Shown here: in pieces, positions 63,607 to 64,000 of the stretch
How positions within the stretch are numbered: the first letter of the stretch is position 1
Layout: each line of letters starts with the position of its first letter
Assembly: GCA_965248595.1 (NCBI GenBank)
Contig: CBDFJM010000005.1
Location: 66,400-130,399 of the forward strand
Direction of reading: 5' to 3'
DNA length: 64,000 nt
Source of the DNA: Dehalococcoidia bacterium
Lineage (GTDB): Bacteria > Chloroflexota > Dehalococcoidia > Lucifugimonadales > SHYF01
Position numbers and translations under genes: made by a program
The notes under the pieces: generated by a model
The model's input: only the letters and a program-made list of their open reading frames with translations
Told to the model about the DNA's origin: nothing
Databases searched by the model: none

Positions 63607-63908
63607 ATGAAGATCACGCTATCTATTCTCAAGGCAGACGTGGGGTCCATCGGAGGGCACACCTTGCCATCCGCCCGGCCATCGCTCAGAGGTATGGGCT
63701 GTATGGCAACCCGGCCTGGGACGTGGTGCGCACCAAGGCACAGGAGAAGGCTCTAATCATGCGGGAGCAGGGATGGTCGGGCGCGGCCATGCTTCCCTAC
63801 CACGAGCTGGAGTACAGTGGGTTCCGTGATACGGTGGAGGGCTTAATGAAGCAGTTCGCCGTGCGGAACGGGCACACGGCGGCTGCCACGCCCAGCAAAG
63901 CTCGCTAG
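63607..63908 (+). pseudogene. class V fructose-1,6-bisphosphate aldolase/phosphatase remnant with a large internal deletion
   Basis: The N-terminus MKITLSILKADVGSIGGH is joined, in a different frame, directly to a C-terminal part YGLYGNPAWDVVRTKAQEKALIMREQGWSGAAMLPYHELEYSGF. Full-length enzymes are about 360-400 aa. Confidence 0.7.
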
Positions 63909-63921
63909 GGGACGCTGGCTG

Positions 63922-64000
63922 TTAACCGGCGTGGCGGAGGTCCGACTCCTGCATGGTGAGTACCTTTATGCCAATACGGTTTTCGACCGAACCACTTTCG
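63922..64000 (-). CDS. 3' end of an unidentified minus-strand gene (partial)
   Basis: The frame is open from the window edge to TAA (63924..63922): ...ESGSVENRIGIKVLTMQESDLRHAG*. No family is recognisable from 26 codons. Confidence 0.3.
   Translation of the reverse strand, partial: ESGSVENRIGIKVLTMQESDLRHAG

Noticed and set aside
1-64000. Scan for tRNA, rRNA and CRISPR arrays
   Set aside because: None of the intergenic stretches contains a T-loop (GGTTCGAAT-like) with a matching acceptor stem, rRNA-like sequence, or regularly spaced direct repeats. The only periodic repeat, of about 680 bp, is the protein-coding hot-dog array.

Overview
About 60 genes from a moderately GC-rich bacterial chromosome. 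I did not compute GC. Gene content suggests Chloroflexota, at low confidence: DUF4012, CARDB and Big_2 envelope proteins, a class V FBP aldolase/phosphatase remnant, and sufBCD-sufU-sufS.

Gene order, left to right:
- Dpp/Opp-type ABC importer (binding protein plus two permeases), acyl-CoA dehydrogenase, HpcH-type aldolase, MazG-like and HAD genes.
- A split EamA transporter, purQ, yqeY, and an rpsU gene missing from the ORF track.
- A DarT/DarG toxin-antitoxin (defence) pair between housekeeping genes, then yqeK, a HIT gene, an AsnC-type gene and yjbQ.
- The suf operon, with a repeat element between sufU and sufS.
- An IS1380-family element with a 5-bp target duplication, inserted in a methyltransferase gene, followed by an O-methyltransferase.
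- A small cupredoxin and membrane-protein cluster.
- A NarL-type two-component system inactivated twice: IS256 in the kinase and an in-frame stop in the regulator.
- An orphan binding protein, then a large envelope cluster (DUF4012, CARDB giant protein, VanZ, Big_2 lipoprotein, GT-C-like membrane protein, CpsB phosphatase).
- sppA, pntAA-pntAB-pntB, and small transporters.
- An acyl-CoA side-chain locus: a DUF35 protein, two thiolase-like proteins that appear to lack the thiolase catalytic residues, a cyclase, five tandem paralogous non-catalytic hot-dog genes and one catalytic MaoC subunit.
- HAD and FNR-like genes, an AbiJ/HEPN-like gene, a diverged duplicate of the pheS 3' end, a frameshifted MBL gene, pheS, and an internally deleted FBP aldolase/phosphatase remnant.

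No rRNA, tRNA or CRISPR array was seen.

The most interesting signals are the 5:1 hot-dog array and the att-like pheS 3' duplication next to the Abi-like gene. Several genes look frameshifted or truncated. That is either real gene decay or consensus indel error, and read-level checks are needed.
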